Source: Anaerolineales bacterium (GTDB lineage Bacteria; Chloroflexota; Anaerolineae; Anaerolineales; RBG-16-64-43). Taken from it: a stretch of DNA of 64,000 bases. The notes under the pieces were generated by a model that was not told the DNA's origin, made no database searches, and was given only the letters and a program-made list of their open reading frames with translations. Where the stretch lies: contig JBEKXU010000010.1 of NCBI GenBank assembly GCA_049511715.1, positions 24,793 through 88,792 of the forward strand, in the 5' to 3' direction. This document shows, piece after piece, positions 9,277 through 19,863 of the stretch. The position numbers were made by a program, and so were the translations under genes. Every line of letters begins with the position of its first letter. The first letter of the stretch is position 1.

Positions 9277-11591
9277 CGGCAGGCCCTCTGCCTCCGAGCG
9301 AGCCCAAGCGCGGTTCGGCCATCCCCCCGCGGGGTCGAAGCCCATCGCTGGGTGACGGCGCGCACGAGATTTCCCATTTCCCGTATTTTGAGGATCTGGC
9401 AGCGATAGGGCTGGCCTTGCTGGCCTTGCTCTGCGCTTTGTCTCTTCTTGGCGCCGGACGTGGGACGCTGCTGACCGTGATGCGAACGGGGCTTCTCCTG
9501 TGGATGGGATGGGGTGCTTGGCTGATTCCCATCGCTTGCGGCTGGGCCGCGAGCCTATTGGTGCTTAGCAGGGCCAAGGGTGAGGTGCGGGTCGATTGGG
9601 CGAGGGTGATCGCTCTCGAGCTTGCCGCCCTGGCCTTCTTGGGCGTCCTGACTTTGATCGCAGGAAAAGAGGCCACGCTTGTCGATCAGGGTCGAGGGGG
9701 CGGAATCCTGGGCTGGGGACTGCTGGAGATTCTCGGGATGGCGATGGGTCCGCTGTGGCAGGCCATCCTGCTGGTGGCGGTCACGTTGGCACTGGCGGCC
9801 TACGGCTTTTCTCTCTCCCTGGCGAGGTTGGAGACTTGGGTCGGGAGAATCCATGGGAGACGGAAAGGGGCCGGCTTGGCAGCGACCGAAGGTTCTGCCG
9901 AAACGGCGGAGGAGAATGCTGGATCGCGCCCCGAGGAGGAACACCAGCCAGCCTCTCCTGCGCCCAGTCGGCCTTCGCCCTCGACCCGCCAGCCCGCGGG
10001 CCGGGAGATCCGCGACAGCCCCCGTATGAAGGCCCCCCTTTCGGTCAAACCTGCTCGTCAGAGACGCGATCGGCACCTCCCGCCTTTCGATGTCTTTGAG
10101 GGGGGCGAGGTCGAGTCTCCCGGAATCCGGGAGGTGAACCAGACGGCAGGAGCCATTGAGAAGACCCTGGCCGACTTCGGAATTCCGGCCAAAGTGGTTG
10201 GCTATCGCACGGGGCCCACGGTGACCCAGTTTGCAGTGGAACCCGGATTCATTGAGAAGCCTTCCCCGGACGGGACGCTCAGACGCGCAAAAGTGCGCGT
10301 CTCCCAGATCTCGGGTCTGGCCGATGACCTGGCCCTGGCTCTGGCCGCTCCCTCCTTGCGGATTGAGGCTCCGGTTCCCGGTCAATCCTACCTCGGGGTA
10401 GAGGTGCCGCATCGGAGGTCGTCCCTGGTCCGTTTGCGTCCGGTCATGGAAACCCCGGCCTTCCAGAAGAAGCACTCTCCCTTGCTGCTGGCGCTGGGCC
10501 TCGATGTGGCGGGTCAGCCCGTGGTGGCGGACTTGGCGGTCATGCCCCATCTTCTCATCGCCGGGACAACCGGGTCCGGAAAATCGGTTTGCATCACGGC
10601 CATGACTGCCTGTCTGGCGGCGAACAATACTCCCGAGGAGCTGCGGCTGGTCTTGATCGACCCCAAGATGGTCGAACTCGTGCGTTTCAACGGCCTGCCC
10701 CATCTGCTCGGCGAAGTAGAAACTGACTTAAGGCGGATTCTGACGGTCTTGCGTTGGCTCACTCGCGAGATGGATCGTCGCTATCGGCTCCTGGAGTCGT
10801 TCGGTGCTCGGCACCTGGAGGACTACAACCGCAAGGCGGGATCTCGCTCGGGGGGCGAGCGATTGCCGCGCATTGTGGTCATGCTTGACGAACTGGCGGA
10901 CCTCATGATGATGGCGCCCGATGAGACCGAGCGAACGGTGATCCGTCTGGCTCAAATGTCGCGAGCCACGGGCATTCATCTCGTCCTGGCTACGCAGCGT
11001 CCTTCCACGGATGTGGTCACGGGCCTGATTAAGGCCAATTTTCCGGCTCGCATTTCTTTCGCTGTGGCCTCCTCGGTCGATTCTCGAGTGATCTTGGACA
11101 GCCCGGGTGCGGAAAGCCTTTTGGGGCGCGGGGACATGCTCTTCCTGTCCCCAGAATCCGGAAGCGCACAGCGGCTGCAAGGGTGCTTTGTGAGCGACAG
11201 CGAGATCCGCAGGCTGATTGAGTTCTGGCAATCCTCTGGCGAAGGTCCCGGCGCAGAAAGTGTCCCGGTTGAGACTCCGGAGGGAGCGCCTGCTCAGACC
11301 TCGGCCGCAGGGCCTCCCTGGGAGAGCATGGTCCAGGAAGGGGGAGATCACCGGAGCGAAGAGGAGGCGGAATTTGAGCAGGCGGTGGCGCTGGTGCGGC
11401 AGTACGGACGCGCCAGCGCCTCTCTTCTCCAGCGGAAAATGCGCATCGGCTACCCCCGGGCGGCACGCCTAATGGACGAGCTGTACGAGCGCGGGATCAT
11501 CGGCCGGGAGCAGACCGGTGGAAAGACCCGCGAGGTACTGGTGTCGCGCGAGCCCCGAGAGGAGCCCGAGGAAGAAGAGGAAGAAGAGTAG
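9273..11591 (+). CDS. ftsK: DNA translocase FtsK/SpoIIIE
   Basis: N-terminal TM helices and a Pro-rich linker. Motor domain with Walker A GTTGSGKS and Walker B VVMLDELADL. C-terminal gamma winged helix LLQRKMRIGYPRAARLMDELYERGIIG. The start could also be 9198. Confidence 0.92.
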   Translation: MTAGPLPPSEPKRGSAIPPRGRSPSLGDGAHEISHFPYFEDLAAIGLALLALLCALSLLGAGRGTLLTVMRTGLLLWMGWGAWLIPIACGWAASLLVLSRAKGEVRVDWARVIALELAALAFLGVLTLIAGKEATLVDQGRGGGILGWGLLEILGMAMGPLWQAILLVAVTLALAAYGFSLSLARLETWVGRIHGRRKGAGLAATEGSAETAEENAGSRPEEEHQPASPAPSRPSPSTRQPAGREIRDSPRMKAPLSVKPARQRRDRHLPPFDVFEGGEVESPGIREVNQTAGAIEKTLADFGIPAKVVGYRTGPTVTQFAVEPGFIEKPSPDGTLRRAKVRVSQISGLADDLALALAAPSLRIEAPVPGQSYLGVEVPHRRSSLVRLRPVMETPAFQKKHSPLLLALGLDVAGQPVVADLAVMPHLLIAGTTGSGKSVCITAMTACLAANNTPEELRLVLIDPKMVELVRFNGLPHLLGEVETDLRRILTVLRWLTREMDRRYRLLESFGARHLEDYNRKAGSRSGGERLPRIVVMLDELADLMMMAPDETERTVIRLAQMSRATGIHLVLATQRPSTDVVTGLIKANFPARISFAVASSVDSRVILDSPGAESLLGRGDMLFLSPESGSAQRLQGCFVSDSEIRRLIEFWQSSGEGPGAESVPVETPEGAPAQTSAAGPPWESMVQEGGDHRSEEEAEFEQAVALVRQYGRASASLLQRKMRIGYPRAARLMDELYERGIIGREQTGGKTREVLVSREPREEPEEEEEEE

Positions 11592-11810
11592 AACGTAGCC
11601 TGACCGGTCGGCGGCCCTTCCCCGTGGCGGGCTTGGGATTAGAATTCGAAAGGCCCGTCGGAAGACACTGCTGTGCCGTGCCCTATGGGCCGCCAGGAGC
11701 CTCGCCAAGGAGGAAGCCTCAGGGAGGCGTTGTTCGCCTGCGGCGGGCCTCGTGACTGGTCCGTTTCACCGAAGGATCCTTTCCGTTTCCTCCGGAAACC
11801 GGGAGCATTC

Positions 11811-12437
11811 ATGGACCCAGAAAGCGCAAGCCTGACCCGACCCCGATCTTTGTCCCAATGGATGCGAGCCCGCTTCAAGGTCGTCCTTGATCCAATCGCG
11901 GGTTTCTTGAATCGACTGGGACTGGCGCCGAACACGGTGACGCTGTTTGGTCTGGCCGGCAATACCGTCGCCTCGGTTCTGTTGGCCCTGGGCGACACGA
12001 GTCTGGGGGGAGGGATCGTTCTGATCATGGGCCCGATCGATGCCCTCGACGGGGCCATGGCCCGGCTTCGAGGCGAGCCTTCAGCTTTTGGAGGTTTTGT
12101 CGATTCGGTGACCGATCGCTACTCGGAGTTGCTAATCCTGGGAGGAGTGCTCACCCACTTTGCCCTGGAGCAAAACGCTCTGGGGGCGATCCTGACTTTT
12201 GCGGCGGCCGCGGGCTCGGTGATGGTGTCCTACACTAAGGCAAGAGCCGAAGCGCTCAAGTTTGAATGCGATATTGGCCTGCTGACGCGCGTGGAACGCT
12301 ACTTGGTTCTCAGTCCTGCGCTAATTCTAAATGTGCCGCTCATTGGAGTTGGGATTATCGCCCTCTTTGCCAATATCACGGCTCTCCAGCGTATTCTTTT
12401 CGTCCGAGCTCAGGCGCGGCGGATGCGTCACGAGTAG
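11811..12437 (+). CDS. CDP-alcohol phosphatidyltransferase family protein
   Basis: Motif DALDGAMARLRGEPSAFGGFVDSVTDRYSE (D-G-x2-A-R-x8-G-x3-D-x3-D) and multiple TM helices. ATG at 11811 preceded by GGGAG. Confidence 0.85.
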   Translation: MDPESASLTRPRSLSQWMRARFKVVLDPIAGFLNRLGLAPNTVTLFGLAGNTVASVLLALGDTSLGGGIVLIMGPIDALDGAMARLRGEPSAFGGFVDSVTDRYSELLILGGVLTHFALEQNALGAILTFAAAAGSVMVSYTKARAEALKFECDIGLLTRVERYLVLSPALILNVPLIGVGIIALFANITALQRILFVRAQARRMRHE

Positions 12438-12474
12438 AGGGCCGGGTCAGGGGAGGAAACAAGGGAAAGACCCT

Positions 12475-13338
12475 ATGTCGATTGACTCCTACGGGATCCA
12501 TCTCGGAATACTGTATGTTCGATTCTATGGCCTCATCCTGATGACGGGTGCGATCGCGGCCGCGTTTCTGGCCGAACGACAGGCCGGGAAGCTTGGCCAG
12601 GACCGGGACCGGGTTTGGGACCTACTGATTTGGGTCCTGATATTCGGCGTCATCGGCGCCCGGCTATGGCACATTCTGACTCCTCCGGAGAGCATGATCG
12701 AGGGCGGCATTACCGCCAGCTACTACCTGACACATCCTTTGGATGCCCTGGCGATTTGGAGGGGTGGCCTGGGGATCCCCGGGGCGATCGCCGGAGGCGT
12801 CCTGGCGATGCTCTGGTACACGAGGAGAAACAAGCTCAGTTTTGCCTCCTGGCTTGACGTTGCGGCACCCGCCCTGGCCCTCGGCCAGGCGATTGGCCGC
12901 TGGGGGAATTTCGTCAACCAAGAGTTGTATGGCATGCCAACGAAATTGCCCTGGGCCATCTACATTGCTCCGCAGAACCGCCTGCCGGGCTTTCAACAGT
13001 ACGCCTACTACCATCCCCTGTTTCTCTATGAATCTTTGTGGGACTTGCTCAACCTGGGGGTTCTTCTTTATCTGACCGAACGGCACCACGGCCCGCTGCG
13101 TGCGGGGGACCTGTTCTTGATCTATCTGATTATCTATCCCGTGGGCCGATTCTTCTTGGAGTTCCTGCGGCTCGACCCCTCTCCGGTGGCCGGGGTGGAT
13201 ATCAACCAGGTCCTCATGGCAGTGGTCGCTGTGGTGAGTGCTGCCCTGCTCCTCTGGCGGCATCGGGTCAAGCGCCCCTTGCCGGGAGTCCCCCTGGGGG
13301 TTGCCTCCGAAGGCCCCGACGGGATCGCCAAAGCCTGA
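12475..13338 (+). CDS. lgt: Prolipoprotein diacylglyceryl transferase
   Basis: YGLILMTGAIAA..., GARLWHIL, WRGGLGIPGAIAGG, GRWGNFVNQELYG: Lgt signature. ATG at 12475 within the longer ORF. Confidence 0.92.
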   Translation: MSIDSYGIHLGILYVRFYGLILMTGAIAAAFLAERQAGKLGQDRDRVWDLLIWVLIFGVIGARLWHILTPPESMIEGGITASYYLTHPLDALAIWRGGLGIPGAIAGGVLAMLWYTRRNKLSFASWLDVAAPALALGQAIGRWGNFVNQELYGMPTKLPWAIYIAPQNRLPGFQQYAYYHPLFLYESLWDLLNLGVLLYLTERHHGPLRAGDLFLIYLIIYPVGRFFLEFLRLDPSPVAGVDINQVLMAVVAVVSAALLLWRHRVKRPLPGVPLGVASEGPDGIAKA

Positions 13339-13423
13339 GGGGGGAGATGAGACCAGAGGGCTCCTCCCTTGCAGGACGGAAGGGAGGAAAGGCTGTCGTT
13401 CGGTTGGGGAGGTCCGCTGAGCC

Positions 13424-14377
13424 GTGATTGAGGCCCGGGGTCTGACCAAGTGGTTTGGTGACCGGTGCGTGGTCGACGGCCTCACTCTTCGCGTGGGGAG
13501 CGGAGAACTTCTGGCGTTGCTCGGACCGAATGGAGCGGGGAAAACAACCACCATCCGCATGTTGGCTGGAATCCTCCATCCGACCTCCGGAGGAGCGCAA
13601 GTGGGGGGATTTGATCTGCTCGAACATCCTCAGGAAGTGCGGGAGACCGTTGGGGTTTTGACCGAACAGCACGGCTTGTATACGCGGATGCGTGCCGGAG
13701 AGTACCTGGACTTCTTTGGGTCTCTGTATGGGCTCCCGGCTCAGGAACGCAGAGAGAGGGCGGCACGGCTGCTGGCCCGGCTTTCCCTCCAGGTGGATCA
13801 GGATCGCTGGCTGGCCGAATACTCCAAAGGGATGCGCCAGCGGATCTCACTGGTTCGCGCCCTCTTGCATGATCCCCACGTTCTTCTGCTGGATGAGCCC
13901 ACCTCGGCGCTCGACCCCGAGTCAGCCCACATTGTGCGATCCCTTCTGAGGGAACTGCGGAGCGAAGGTCGGGCGATCCTCACCTGCACGCACAACCTGA
14001 TGGAGGCCGAGGAACTGGCGGATCGCATCGCGATCCTGCGCCGGGGCCGCCTCATTGCTCAAGGGACACCCGGCCAGCTGCGGTCCGGCCTGCGCGGTTT
14101 GCCCACCTTTGAGGTTCGTCTGTCCGCTCCTTGGGACGGGGTCGCGGAGGGGCTTCCCGACTGGATCGAGATCGTGGCCTCGGGTGACACGTGGTTTCGC
14201 TATCGGGTGGCCGAGCCCTTGGAAACGAATCCTCTCCTCGTGCGGCGTTTGGTCGGATTGGGGTTCCCCATCCTTGAGCTTCGGGAGGTTACCCCGAGCT
14301 TGGAAGAAGTCTACCTCGGCGCAGTGGCCGAGGGCGAAGACCGCCCCGGTGATGACCTCAGGGGGAGCGAATCATGA
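13424..14377 (+). CDS. ABC transporter ATP-binding protein (ABC-2 exporter type)
   Basis: Walker A GPNGAGKTT, Q-loop, signature YSKGMRQR, Walker B LLLDEPTSALD, H-loop CTHN. GTG start. Confidence 0.92.
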   Translation: MIEARGLTKWFGDRCVVDGLTLRVGSGELLALLGPNGAGKTTTIRMLAGILHPTSGGAQVGGFDLLEHPQEVRETVGVLTEQHGLYTRMRAGEYLDFFGSLYGLPAQERRERAARLLARLSLQVDQDRWLAEYSKGMRQRISLVRALLHDPHVLLLDEPTSALDPESAHIVRSLLRELRSEGRAILTCTHNLMEAEELADRIAILRRGRLIAQGTPGQLRSGLRGLPTFEVRLSAPWDGVAEGLPDWIEIVASGDTWFRYRVAEPLETNPLLVRRLVGLGFPILELREVTPSLEEVYLGAVAEGEDRPGDDLRGSES

Positions 14378-15831
14378 GCCTCGCCATCCCAGCTAGGTCC
14401 ATGGGGATCCACTGGCATCGGGTCGGCACTCTGGTTCGCAGGGAGTTGCGCGACCAGTTGCGGGACTGGCGGGTGGTCATTCCCCTGGTCATTCTGACGG
14501 GGGTCTTCCCGTTGCTGATGAACTTCACGGCGCGAACCGCGCTTGATTTTGTCAGCCGCTATGGTGCGCCACTCATCGCCGAGCAGCTTTTCCCGTTTCT
14601 GCTGATGATCGTCGGATTCTTTCCGACCTCCGTCTCGCTGGTGATCGCCCTCGAAAGTTTCGTGGGCGAAAAAGAGCGCTTCACCCTGGAGCCCCTGTTG
14701 TCGACGCCTCTCAGTGACCAGGAGCTCTTCATTGGAAAGGCCATGGCCTCGACCGTCACGCCCGTGGCCTCGGCGGGGCTGGGAATCATGGTGTATCTGG
14801 TGGGATTGCACCAGACCACTGGCTGGTCGCCCAGCGCGGGGTTGCTCCTGCAAATCCTGGTCTTGACGGTCGCCCACGCGGTCGGCATGGTGAGCGCTGC
14901 GGTCGTCATTTCGGCCCAGACCAATTCGGTCCGAGCGGCCAACCTCCTGGCTTCGTTCATCATTATCCCCGCGGCACTCCTCGTGCAGGGCGAGAGCCTG
15001 ATCATGTTCTGGCGCCGCTACGACGTCCTGTGGTGGGTGATCCTGGGCATCCTCCTGCTGGCCACGGTGCTCGTGCGGATTGGGCTGCGACGTTTTCGCC
15101 GGGATGAGCTCCTGGAACACGAGGTGGAGGAGTTGCGCTTTGATCGTTTGTGGTCGCAGCTGGTGCAGCGGCTGACAGCGGGAGCTCGCTCGCCTCGGGC
15201 GTGGTACCGTGACGCGGTTTTTCCCGCCTTGCGCCGGGTTTGGGAGGCGGGTCCCTGGGTCCTGCTGGCTATGCTTCTCGGCGCGGGCCTGGGCATCGCT
15301 TTCGCGCAGCGGTTTCCTTTGTCTTTGCCGGGCTTGGCGGAAGCGCGTTCGGGCCAGGAGGTCATGCAAGCCCTCCAAGAGCAGGGGTTCTTCTCTCCGG
15401 CCGGAGTGCTCCTGATCTTTGTTCACAACCTGCAAGCGATCTTGCTGGCCAGCATCCTGGGGATCTTCTCGCTGGGCGTTCTCGCGCTCATTGCTCTGAT
15501 GGCGCCTATTGGTCTGGTCACCTATGCGGCCGCGCTCGTTGGCCTGGCTGGCGGAAGCCCCTGGCTCTTTCTGGCCGCCTTTGTTCTCCCCCACGGCATC
15601 CTGGAGATTCCGGCGGCTTGGCTCGCCGGAGCCAGCATGCTGCGCCTGGGGGCTTGCATGCTGGCCGAACCCGACCGACGCACTCTGGGTGAAATCTGGA
15701 TCGAGGCGTTTGCGGATTGGGTCAAGGTCAATGTCGGCGTGGTTGCGCCGCTGCTGCTCGCGGCGGCCGTTGTGGAGACCTATGTGACCCCGGCTATCGT
15801 GGCCTGGGGTCTCGCGAGGGGGATGTTTTGA
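14374..15831 (+). CDS. ABC-2 family permease fused to a SpoIIM/DUF95-like membrane domain
   Basis: ATGA overlap with the ATPase gene. The N-terminal ~240 aa is a 6-TM ABC-2-like permease. The C-terminal ~230 aa has FVHNLQAILLASILG...FVLPHGILEIPAAWLAGA, characteristic of SpoIIM/DUF95. Confidence 0.75.
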   Translation: MSLAIPARSMGIHWHRVGTLVRRELRDQLRDWRVVIPLVILTGVFPLLMNFTARTALDFVSRYGAPLIAEQLFPFLLMIVGFFPTSVSLVIALESFVGEKERFTLEPLLSTPLSDQELFIGKAMASTVTPVASAGLGIMVYLVGLHQTTGWSPSAGLLLQILVLTVAHAVGMVSAAVVISAQTNSVRAANLLASFIIIPAALLVQGESLIMFWRRYDVLWWVILGILLLATVLVRIGLRRFRRDELLEHEVEELRFDRLWSQLVQRLTAGARSPRAWYRDAVFPALRRVWEAGPWVLLAMLLGAGLGIAFAQRFPLSLPGLAEARSGQEVMQALQEQGFFSPAGVLLIFVHNLQAILLASILGIFSLGVLALIALMAPIGLVTYAAALVGLAGGSPWLFLAAFVLPHGILEIPAAWLAGASMLRLGACMLAEPDRRTLGEIWIEAFADWVKVNVGVVAPLLLAAAVVETYVTPAIVAWGLARGMF

Positions 15832-16275
15832 GGTGGTATTTCTTGAGTCGGAACGCCCAGGGCTAACCAGGTCTGGTGGATCGCCCTTTGGCCGCTTCTG
15901 ACGCCTCCTGATCGGCCTGGACTCGCGGGCGGGCGCATCGCCCACTTCCCTCAGGGTCATCCGCCTGGGGTGGAGAGCCACCTGTGAGGCTCCTGGTGCG
16001 GACTTAGGCACTTTTCCAGAGCGCCGATTTGCCGGGGTGAATCCAGGGGCCTAAAAGATGAGCACGCCTTGGGACAACGCGGGGCCCGGGGATCGCGGAA
16101 CAAGACAGAATCCAAGACGTTCCGGCGGATCGCCGAGGACTTCTTCACTGCTCCGCGTTCGGGTCCCCTGAGCCTTGCCCAGTCCGGCGGGAATCGCCGG
16201 GGAGGGATGGGGCGGGTGGCTTGCGCCGAGGAAGGGGAATTCGCCGAAATCAATCAAACTGGCAAGAAACGCCTA

Positions 16276-16284
16276 TGGTACAAT
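16276..16284 (+). promoter_or_regulatory. Extended -10 promoter candidate (TGgTACAAT) for hsp20-lon
   Basis: TGGTACAAT ends 18 nt upstream of ATG 16303. Confidence 0.45.
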
Positions 16285-16302
16285 CCTTTCGGGAAGCGGA
16301 GA

Positions 16303-16746
16303 ATGAGCGAGTCGATGAGGCTGCAGGGTTCTGGCTACTATTCTGCTGAAGATTCTCCCGATCTGGGAGAGGATTGGGAATCGGACCGCCATATCCACGG
16401 GGCTTCGCGTCGGCGGTGGTATGAACACGCCCATGTTTGGCGGCCTCCAACCGATGTGTATGAGAGTGAGGCCGGGTATGTGATTCGCGTCGAGCTGGCG
16501 GGCATGCGAAGCGCAGACTTTTCCGTAACGCTTGAGGGCCGCTGGCTGCATATCACCGGAGCGCGGCCTGACGAGGCGCAGCACCGGGCGTACCACCAGA
16601 TGGAGATCCATTTCGGTCCCTTCCGCAGCGAGGTGGAGATCCCCGGCGAGGTCGACTCTCAGCGTCTGGAAGCAGTCTACGAGGACGGCTTTCTGATCGT
16701 CACCCTGCCGAAAGTCAAGCCGCGGGTCATCCCAATTTCCAGCTAA
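16303..16746 (+). CDS. Hsp20/alpha-crystallin small heat-shock protein
   Basis: WRPPTDVYESEAGYVIRVELAGM...GFLIVTLPK alpha-crystallin domain. The start is ambiguous (in-frame ATG at 16207, 16303 or 16315); 16303 lies downstream of a TGgTACAAT promoter-like element. Confidence 0.85.
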   Translation: MSESMRLQGSGYYSAEDSPDLGEDWESDRHIHGASRRRWYEHAHVWRPPTDVYESEAGYVIRVELAGMRSADFSVTLEGRWLHITGARPDEAQHRAYHQMEIHFGPFRSEVEIPGEVDSQRLEAVYEDGFLIVTLPKVKPRVIPISS

Positions 16747-16758
16747 AGGTCGGCTGAG

Positions 16759-19428
16759 TTGGAGGAAGCAATCCTTGATCGATCTTCTCCACTTTCGGAG
16801 TGTAGGATTACTGTGCCTGCCACCACTCGGACTGTCAACCTGACGGATCTCATTAACCTCTTCACCCAATCCTTCCCTGGGCGATGGGAGGAAGTGAAGC
16901 TGCGGCCCATCGTCACCCAAGTCCAGGATCAGGCCTCGGAAGCTGAGGCACGAGAGGACCGCGCTCAACCTCCCGCGGTGATCCCAGAAGAGCTTTCGAT
17001 TCTGCCGTTGCGCGGCATTGTCGTTTACCCCCAAACCGTGGTTCCACTGACGATTGGCCAGCCTCGGTCCGTGAAACTCGTGGACGATGCGGCCGTGGGG
17101 GAGCGCACGATCGGCCTAGTTACCTCCAAGGATCCTGAGAAAGAGACGCCCGGGCCGGAGGATTTGTACTCAATCGGAACGGCGGCCATCGTTCATCGGC
17201 TTTTCCGAGCCCCGGATGGGACAATTCGAATTGTGGTCCAGGGTCTTTCTCGGTTCCGCATCCGCGAGTTCGTGGCACAAGATCCCTACTTGCGGGCGCG
17301 GGTTGAAGTGGCGAACGAGATCGTCGAGGAAGGCCTCGAAATCCAGGCTCTGGCACGAAATGTCCGCGACCAATTCGCGCAGATTGCCGAGCTGGTTCCC
17401 TCCATCCCCCGCGAGCTTGTCGCGGCCCTGTCCGGGTTGGAAGACCCTCTGCAGGTCGCGTACTCGATTGCCAACTATCAGCGCATGGAGCTTCAGGAAG
17501 CGGAGGATCTGCTGGAGCTTGATTCCACAGCGGCCAAGCTCAAGCGACTAGTCGCGCTCCTCACCAAGGAGTTGGAGGTTCTTCAGCTCGGCGCCAAGAT
17601 CCAAGAGGAGGCCCGCTCCGAGATTGAGAAAGTTCAGCGTCAGTACTTTCTGCGGGAGCAGATGAAAGCGATTCAAAAGGAGCTGGGCGAGACGGACGAG
17701 CGCACTGCCGAGGTGGAAGAACTGCGCAAGAAGCTCGAGGCGGCGGGCCTGCCCGAGGAAGCCAGCCGCCAGGCCAAGGAGGAACTGGACCGCCTTTCCA
17801 AGCTTCAGGAGGCCTCGGCTGAGTACGGCGTGATCCGGACCTATCTCGACTGGCTGGTTTCGTTGCCCTGGAGCCGGGTTACCGAGGACCATTTGAATGT
17901 CGCGGACGCACGGCGTGTCCTGGACGAGGACCACTACGGTTTGCGGGATGTGAAAGATCGGATCTTGGAGTACTTGGCCGTGCGAAAGCTCCGCGGGGAG
18001 CGTCGGGAGGAGGTTTCAACCGCGCCCGTGGATCTGCTGCGGCGGGAGCGCGAAGGAGCCATCCTGTGCTTTATTGGGCCGCCGGGCGTTGGGAAGACGT
18101 CCCTGGGGCAATCGGTCGCCCGAGCGATGGGTCGTAAGTTTGTGCGCCTCTCGCTGGGAGGCACGCACGACGAAGCAGAAATCCGCGGCCACCGCCGGAC
18201 CTATGTCGGAGCGATGCCGGGGAGGATCCTGCAAGCCCTGCGGCGGGTGGAAACGCGGAATCCCGTCTTCATGCTGGATGAGGTCGACAAGCTTGGGGCC
18301 GACTTCCGGGGCGACCCTGCCTCCGCGTTGCTGGAGGTCCTCGATCCGGAGCAGAATCGCGAGTTCCGGGATAACTACCTCGAGGTGGCTTTTGATCTCT
18401 CTCAGGTGCTCTTCATTACGACAGCCAACCTTCAGGAAACCATCCCAGAGCCGTTATTGGACCGCATGGAGGTCATCCACATCTCCAGCTACACTGAGCA
18501 GGAAAAGCTGGTGATTGCCCAAGGCTACCTGGTCCCCCGGCAGTTGCGGGAAAACGGCCTCCGTCCCGAGGAAATCTCCTTTGCGGACGAGACTATCACC
18601 TCGATCATCCGTCACTATACCCGGGAGGCCGGCGTTCGCGGCCTGGAACGGGAGATTGGCTCGGTCTGTCGCAAGGTTGTGACGGAAATCGCGGAGGGGA
18701 AAGTTCAGAAGAGGGACATCACGCCTCAAGTCCTCGGGGAGGTCCTCGGCCGTCCTCGTTTCTTCCCGACCGCCGAGATCGAGGAGCGCACCTCGGTTCC
18801 AGGAGTTGCGACGGCGCTGGCTTGGACTCCAACCGGCGGGGATCTGCTCTTCATTGAGGCCACGCAAATGCCCGGCCGCCGTGGCTTTCTGCTGACGGGC
18901 TCCCTCGGCCAAGTCATGCAGGAATCCGCCCATGCGGCTCTTTCTTTCGTGCGCTCAAAGAGCAAGGAACTGGGTCTGGCCGAGGATTTCTTCGACCGGC
19001 ACGACATTCACCTGCACATTCCGGCGGGAGCGCAACCCAAGGATGGTCCCTCGGCGGGGATTACCATTGCCACCGCGTTGGTGTCCTTGCTCTCCGGAAG
19101 GCCCGTGCGGCCGGAGGTGGCAATGACGGGCGAGATCACCCTGCGGGGACAGGTCCTGCCGATCGGTGGGGTCAAGGAGAAAGTCCTGGCTGCCCATCGC
19201 GCAGGCCTTCGCACCGTGATCTTGCCCAAACACAACGAGGGCGACTTGGATGACCTGCCCGAGGAGGTCCGCAAGGACATCCGCTTTGTCCTTGTGGACA
19301 CCGTCGATGAGGTCCTGCGGGAGGCTCTCGAGCCGCGGGTCTCACGGAACGGCCGGGGGAGAGTTGCCCTGCGGGCGGGGCGCGGGTCCCGTCATGCCGG
19401 GGCCCGTCCGAAACGCACGGCGAACTGA
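16759..19428 (+). CDS. lon: ATP-dependent Lon protease
   Basis: LON N-domain ([23 protein letters not shown]), Walker [10 protein letters not shown], Walker B FMLDEVDK, protease DGPSAGIT (Ser) and [11 protein letters not shown] (Lys). The start is uncertain (TTG 16759, or GTG 16813 with GGAG upstream). There is a ~70-aa N-terminal extension and a basic C-terminal tail. Confidence 0.93.
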   Translation: MEEAILDRSSPLSECRITVPATTRTVNLTDLINLFTQSFPGRWEEVKLRPIVTQVQDQASEAEAREDRAQPPAVIPEELSILPLRGIVVYPQTVVPLTIGQPRSVKLVDDAAVGERTIGLVTSKDPEKETPGPEDLYSIGTAAIVHRLFRAPDGTIRIVVQGLSRFRIREFVAQDPYLRARVEVANEIVEEGLEIQALARNVRDQFAQIAELVPSIPRELVAALSGLEDPLQVAYSIANYQRMELQEAEDLLELDSTAAKLKRLVALLTKELEVLQLGAKIQEEARSEIEKVQRQYFLREQMKAIQKELGETDERTAEVEELRKKLEAAGLPEEASRQAKEELDRLSKLQEASAEYGVIRTYLDWLVSLPWSRVTEDHLNVADARRVLDEDHYGLRDVKDRILEYLAVRKLRGERREEVSTAPVDLLRREREGAILCFIGPPGVGKTSLGQSVARAMGRKFVRLSLGGTHDEAEIRGHRRTYVGAMPGRILQALRRVETRNPVFMLDEVDKLGADFRGDPASALLEVLDPEQNREFRDNYLEVAFDLSQVLFITTANLQETIPEPLLDRMEVIHISSYTEQEKLVIAQGYLVPRQLRENGLRPEEISFADETITSIIRHYTREAGVRGLEREIGSVCRKVVTEIAEGKVQKRDITPQVLGEVLGRPRFFPTAEIEERTSVPGVATALAWTPTGGDLLFIEATQMPGRRGFLLTGSLGQVMQESAHAALSFVRSKSKELGLAEDFFDRHDIHLHIPAGAQPKDGPSAGITIATALVSLLSGRPVRPEVAMTGEITLRGQVLPIGGVKEKVLAAHRAGLRTVILPKHNEGDLDDLPEEVRKDIRFVLVDTVDEVLREALEPRVSRNGRGRVALRAGRGSRHAGARPKRTAN

Positions 19429-19440
19429 GGCCTGTGTCCG

Positions 19441-19815
19441 ATGCCGAATGTGCTGCTGGGCGAAGATGATCGCGATATGGCGACCCTGCTGCAGACCCTC
19501 CTGGAAATGGAGGGCTACGTGGTTGGGTCGGCACGCTCCGGCAACGCCGTGCTGGCCATGATCGACCAACAGCGGCCGGACGTGGTTCTTCTGGATGTGA
19601 ACTTAGCGGGTCAAAGCGGGTTGCAGGTCCTGCAAACCGTGCGTTCGCGGGCCGAAACTCGATCCACCCGGGTGATCATGACCTCCGGGATGGACTTGAA
19701 AGAGCAGTGCTTGAAGGAAGGAGCGGACGCCTTCCTCCTGAAGCCGTATATGCCCGACGATCTGGTTCGCTTGCTGAAAGAAGTGCTCTCGCATCCTGAG
19801 TCTTCGCCGGGATGA
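19441..19815 (+). CDS. Stand-alone response regulator receiver (CheY-like, no output domain)
   Basis: Canonical receiver residues: EDD near the N-terminus, phospho-acceptor in VVLLDVNL, MTSG, LLKPY. Confidence 0.88.
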   Translation: MPNVLLGEDDRDMATLLQTLLEMEGYVVGSARSGNAVLAMIDQQRPDVVLLDVNLAGQSGLQVLQTVRSRAETRSTRVIMTSGMDLKEQCLKEGADAFLLKPYMPDDLVRLLKEVLSHPESSPG

Positions 19816-19863
19816 CTCTGCGGGAGGCCGCCAGCCCCTTTCGTTTGTGAAAGCAGGAGAGCA

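Noticed and set aside
14311-16011. Very long antisense or alternative-frame ORFs. Examples: 14311-16011(-) 566 aa, 20656-22074(-) 472 aa, 34825-36234(-) 469 aa, 40531-42486(+) 651 aa, 23720-25009(-) 429 aa, 35229-36506(+) 425 aa.
   Set aside because: All overlap strongly supported genes on the other strand or frame. Their translations are R/P/G/A-rich and low-complexity with no recognisable motifs. This is typical of stop-codon-poor shadow frames in GC-rich DNA.
16004-16030. TTAGGCACTTTTCCAGAGCGCC upstream of hsp20, as a CIRCE (HrcA) operator.
   Set aside because: Only the first half loosely resembles TTAGCACTC, and there is no inverted GAGTGCTAA partner.
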